Source: a virus. From it: 40,963 nt of DNA. How positions within the stretch are numbered: position 1 is the stretch's first letter; every line of letters begins with the position of its first letter. The stretch lies in IMG/VR virus record IMGVR_UViG_3300029105_000019; one strand, written 5' to 3'. The translations under genes and the position numbers were made by a program. Below are positions 39,383-40,963 of this stretch, piece after piece. The notes beneath the pieces were generated by a model. That model ran no database searches, was not told the DNA's origin, and saw only the letters and a list, made by a program, of their open reading frames with translations.

Positions 39383-39552
39383 TTCGTGGCACTTTTCGAC
39401 AGTGGACATCATCGACACCTGAGCGGAATCGGTGGTATTGTAGTAGTATCGGCAGAGCCGAAAAGGCCAACCGATGCAGTTCAGCCCCCGAACATTCCGG
39501 CCCTGTGCTGTCCGTAGGTACAGGTCAACAACGTTTCGCGGGCTGCTTCTAT

Positions 39553-39656
39553 GCGAGATTTTGGAACGGCTCCATTCACAGGGCGGCGGCTCTGAGTGTC
39601 CGGGGGTGGGCGCGCACCTCCCTCTCCGCGTGGTTCGACTCCACGGTTTCGCACCA
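39553..39656 (+). ncRNA. tRNA-like 3' module (T arm + acceptor + CCA) without a canonical anticodon arm
   Basis: The 3' part is cgtgg-ttcgact-ccacg-gtttcgc-A-CCA (39629-39656). A possible 5' partner is gcgagat at 39553 (with G-U pairs) or gcggaat at 39423. A sliding search of the 54 nt between the D-like arm (tgga-acggc-tcca) and the T arm found no 5-bp/7-nt anticodon hairpin. Confidence 0.35.
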
Positions 39657-39773
39657 GATGGCGCATGGACTCATCCCCCACAAAGCTGCACGCTTAACCT
39701 CCCGTGCCACGAGAGAAAGCTTTGAATCCCTGAGGGTGTGGGTAGACTTCCCGACGGGATGTGCGTCAAACAA

Positions 39774-39802
39774 CAGCCCTGGCGGAGAACCAGGGCTGTT
39801 TT
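39774..39802 (+). terminator. Terminator-like hairpin inside the RNA island
   Basis: A perfect 9-bp stem cagccctgg/ccagggctg, 7-nt loop, then TTTT. Confidence 0.65.
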
Positions 39803-39807
39803 ATATG

Positions 39808-39876
39808 GCCGCCTGAGCGCAGTTTGGAGCGCGGCGCGTGTGTGTAGACACGGCTGGTTCGATTCCAAGGGCGGCG
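39808..39876 (+). pseudogene. Degenerate tRNA-like element
   Basis: The acceptor gccgcct/gggcggc and the D arm gcgc-agtttgga-gcgc are good. However, the anticodon hairpin cgtgt-GTGTAG-acacg has a 6-nt loop, and the T stem has only 3 bp around ttcgatt. Confidence 0.45.
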
Positions 39877-39882
39877 TTTTAT

Positions 39883-39958
39883 ATTCCCGTAGCTCAAGTG
39901 ATGGAGCAGCGGTCTCCAAAACCGCAGGCTGCAGGTTTGAGCCCTGCCGGGAATGCCA
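39883..39958 (+). tRNA. tRNA-Trp (anticodon CCA), CCA encoded
   Basis: A perfect 76-nt cloverleaf. Acceptor is attcccg/cgggaat. D arm is gctc-aagtgatg-gagc. Anticodon arm is gcggt-CTCCAAA-accgc. Variable loop is aggct. T arm is gcagg-tttgagc-cctgc. Discriminator is G followed by CCA. Confidence 0.9.
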
Positions 39959-40065
39959 GACTTTGCATGACCGGGGGACGGCATGCAGAGAGTAGCGGGG
40001 CATTCGGCCGCGAAAGTTCCGGATGCAGCGGCTTTGTGTACGACAGGCAAAGCTGCTTATTATAT

Positions 40066-40201
40066 GCCGCCATAGCTCAATTGGCAGAGCGCCGCCCATT
40101 TAAGGCGGGACAACGTTGGTGACACCATGGGAACATCACTGCACAGCCAACCACTGCGCACATCCATTCCGTGGGTGCTGGTTCAAATCCAGCTGGCGGC
40201 T
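40066..40201 (+). ncRNA. tRNA-like gene (paralog of the tRNA-Thr scaffold) with CAUUUAA anticodon loop and a 68-nt insertion at the variable-loop position
   Basis: Acceptor is gccgcca/tggcggc. D arm is gctc-aattggca-gagc. Anticodon arm is ccgcc-CATTTAA-ggcgg. A 68-nt insertion occupies 40109-40176. T arm is gctgg-ttcaaat-ccagc. The discriminator is T and no CCA is encoded. Confidence 0.5.
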
Positions 40202-40260
40202 CATTCGATTTTGACCGTTCGGGTTTCCGGGCGGCTTTTATTTTACAGGGAGGTGAGCAG

Positions 40261-40963
40261 ATGGCACGGAGAAAGAAAGCAATGGACTTTTCTTCCCTCG
40301 ACCTAAACCTTGATGCACTGGGAGACTGGGGAGGCGACGAGGAAAAGGCCGAGAAAGAGTTCATCCGCGCTGCAAAGCTGAACCTCTCCCCGGTCACATG
40401 GGACAACGCAGAAGCGGCAGCGGACGCGGTGGACTACGACAAGGATTATTTTGCGCTCCTAAGTGGGCGCTTTATTTTTGGCGACTTCATCGAGGCGCTG
40501 GTCTACAAAAAAGAACTGCTGCCGCACCGGGTATACATCACAACACTGGGCATGAGCCGGGAGAACATAGACAGCATCGTCAACATTGCCGGGTATCTGG
40601 GCTGCGAGCAGCTGAACCTGATCGTGTCCAACTACTTTGTGGCAATGGAGCGGGCAAAGCTGGTGCCCTACATGATCTCCCAGTTTACTGGGCAGCATAT
40701 CAACGTTGCTGTTCTGGCATCGCATTGCAAGATTTGCCTGATCGAGAGTGACAAGGGCAATCTGATCATCATGGGCAGCGCAAACCTGTCCAGTTCCAAC
40801 AACGTGGAGCAGATCATGCTGTTCCATGACGACAAGCTTTTCCGCAAGATCAAGACGCTGCTGAACGGCATCATGAAAAAGTTCTGCATCCTGCGCGGAT
40901 ACAGCGGCAAGACGATTTTTGAGAACAACACCAACAACACCGGAAAAAAGGCTTTTGAAGCCG
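40261..40963 (+). CDS. PLD/HKD-superfamily protein (single HKD-like motif), 5' part; continues at 1..171 (242 aa total)
   Basis: gggaggtg RBS before the ATG at 40261. The motif HCKICLIESDKGNLIIMGSANLSSSN (nt ~40723-40785) resembles HxK(x)4D(x)6GSxN, but with Glu at the Asp position and a longer spacer. The ORF is open to the window end. Confidence 0.7.
   Translation, partial: MARRKKAMDFSSLDLNLDALGDWGGDEEKAEKEFIRAAKLNLSPVTWDNAEAAADAVDYDKDYFALLSGRFIFGDFIEALVYKKELLPHRVYITTLGMSRENIDSIVNIAGYLGCEQLNLIVSNYFVAMERAKLVPYMISQFTGQHINVAVLASHCKICLIESDKGNLIIMGSANLSSSNNVEQIMLFHDDKLFRKIKTLLNGIMKKFCILRGYSGKTIFENNTNNTGKKAFEA
40819..40963 (+). repeat. Terminal overlap, right copy (identical to 1-145)
   Basis: Same comparison as for 1-145. 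Confidence 0.97.

Larger units (their letters stand above)
1..40963. mobile_element. Complete temperate siphovirus-like phage genome in excised/circular (attP) configuration; unique length 40,818 bp
   Basis: All modules are present: packaging 1415-5500, head 5672-8078, tail 8100-18306, lysis 18346-19610, accessory 19621-26232, attP+integrase 26222-27605, immunity 31483-32289, recombination 35543-38607, late regulator/tRNA island 38867-40201. The window ends overlap exactly. Confidence 0.9.

Noticed and set aside
39423-39802. Full tmRNA (ssrA) gene.
   Set aside because: The T arm/acceptor/CCA fits. However, I could not find the conserved 5' GGGG...UUCGAC region or a tag ORF ending in Ala-Ala-stop, and the element is too short. 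It is kept only as an unclassified tRNA-like ncRNA.
39474-40099. ORFs of 83-142 aa on both strands across the tRNA island (39474-39725, 39505-39816, 39671-40099, 39838-40122 and others).
   Set aside because: The translations are Arg/Pro/Gly/Cys-rich without RBSs. They run through a perfect tRNA-Trp and through hairpins, so the region is better explained as RNA genes.

Overview
The window is one complete temperate siphovirus-like phage genome in its circular (attP) form. Nt 1-145 are identical to nt 40819-40963, so the unique circle is 40,818 bp. One gene, a PLD/HKD-like protein starting at 40261, reads through the junction and stops at 169-171. Strong GGAGG-type RBSs, a GH25 lysin and a lipoprotein moron suggest a Gram-positive (Clostridia-like) host; that host call is inference.

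Gene order on the + strand:
- Three small paralogous genes plus a duplicated PLD 3' fragment.
- PBSX-type TerL with a roughly 100-aa N-terminal extension, then portal and Mu-F/SPP1-gp7 head morphogenesis protein.
- An HK97-gp10-like gene, a tRNA-Thr(UGU), scaffold and major capsid.
- Head-tail genes, major tail protein, and a G/GT chaperone with a canonical G_GGT_TTT -1 slip site.
- A 907-aa tape measure and tail-tip proteins.
- A compositionally foreign receptor-binding protein with a C-terminal metallophosphoesterase domain.
- GH25 endolysin and holins.

Accessory DNA follows:
- A split sigma-region-4-like gene.
- A 6-gene minus-strand module (AP2, RHH, HTH) with its own consensus promoter and operator.
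- An 8-gene plus-strand cassette of unknown function (Cys-peptidase-like, Q-rich, Gly/Cys-rich membrane, possible C1q/BclA-like proteins).
- attP, built on the 3' 56 nt of a tRNA-Gly(CCC) and flanked by TGCTAGA(T/C) repeats, next to a tyrosine integrase.

The lysogeny region carries an XRE regulator, a lipoprotein, a Zn-ribbon/Gly-zipper/SHOCT protein, Sie-like membrane proteins and a CI/Cro-type switch. Early genes include a Rha antirepressor, a 27-bp-repeat protein, Erf, SSB, RusA and a late sigma-like activator.

The least explained part is the 878-bp protein-free RNA island at 39383-40260. It holds a canonical tRNA-Trp plus three aberrant tRNA-like elements, one of which is a Thr-tRNA paralog with a Lys-like CAUUUAA loop and a 68-nt insertion.

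Function calls come from motif recognition and synteny only; no database search was possible.
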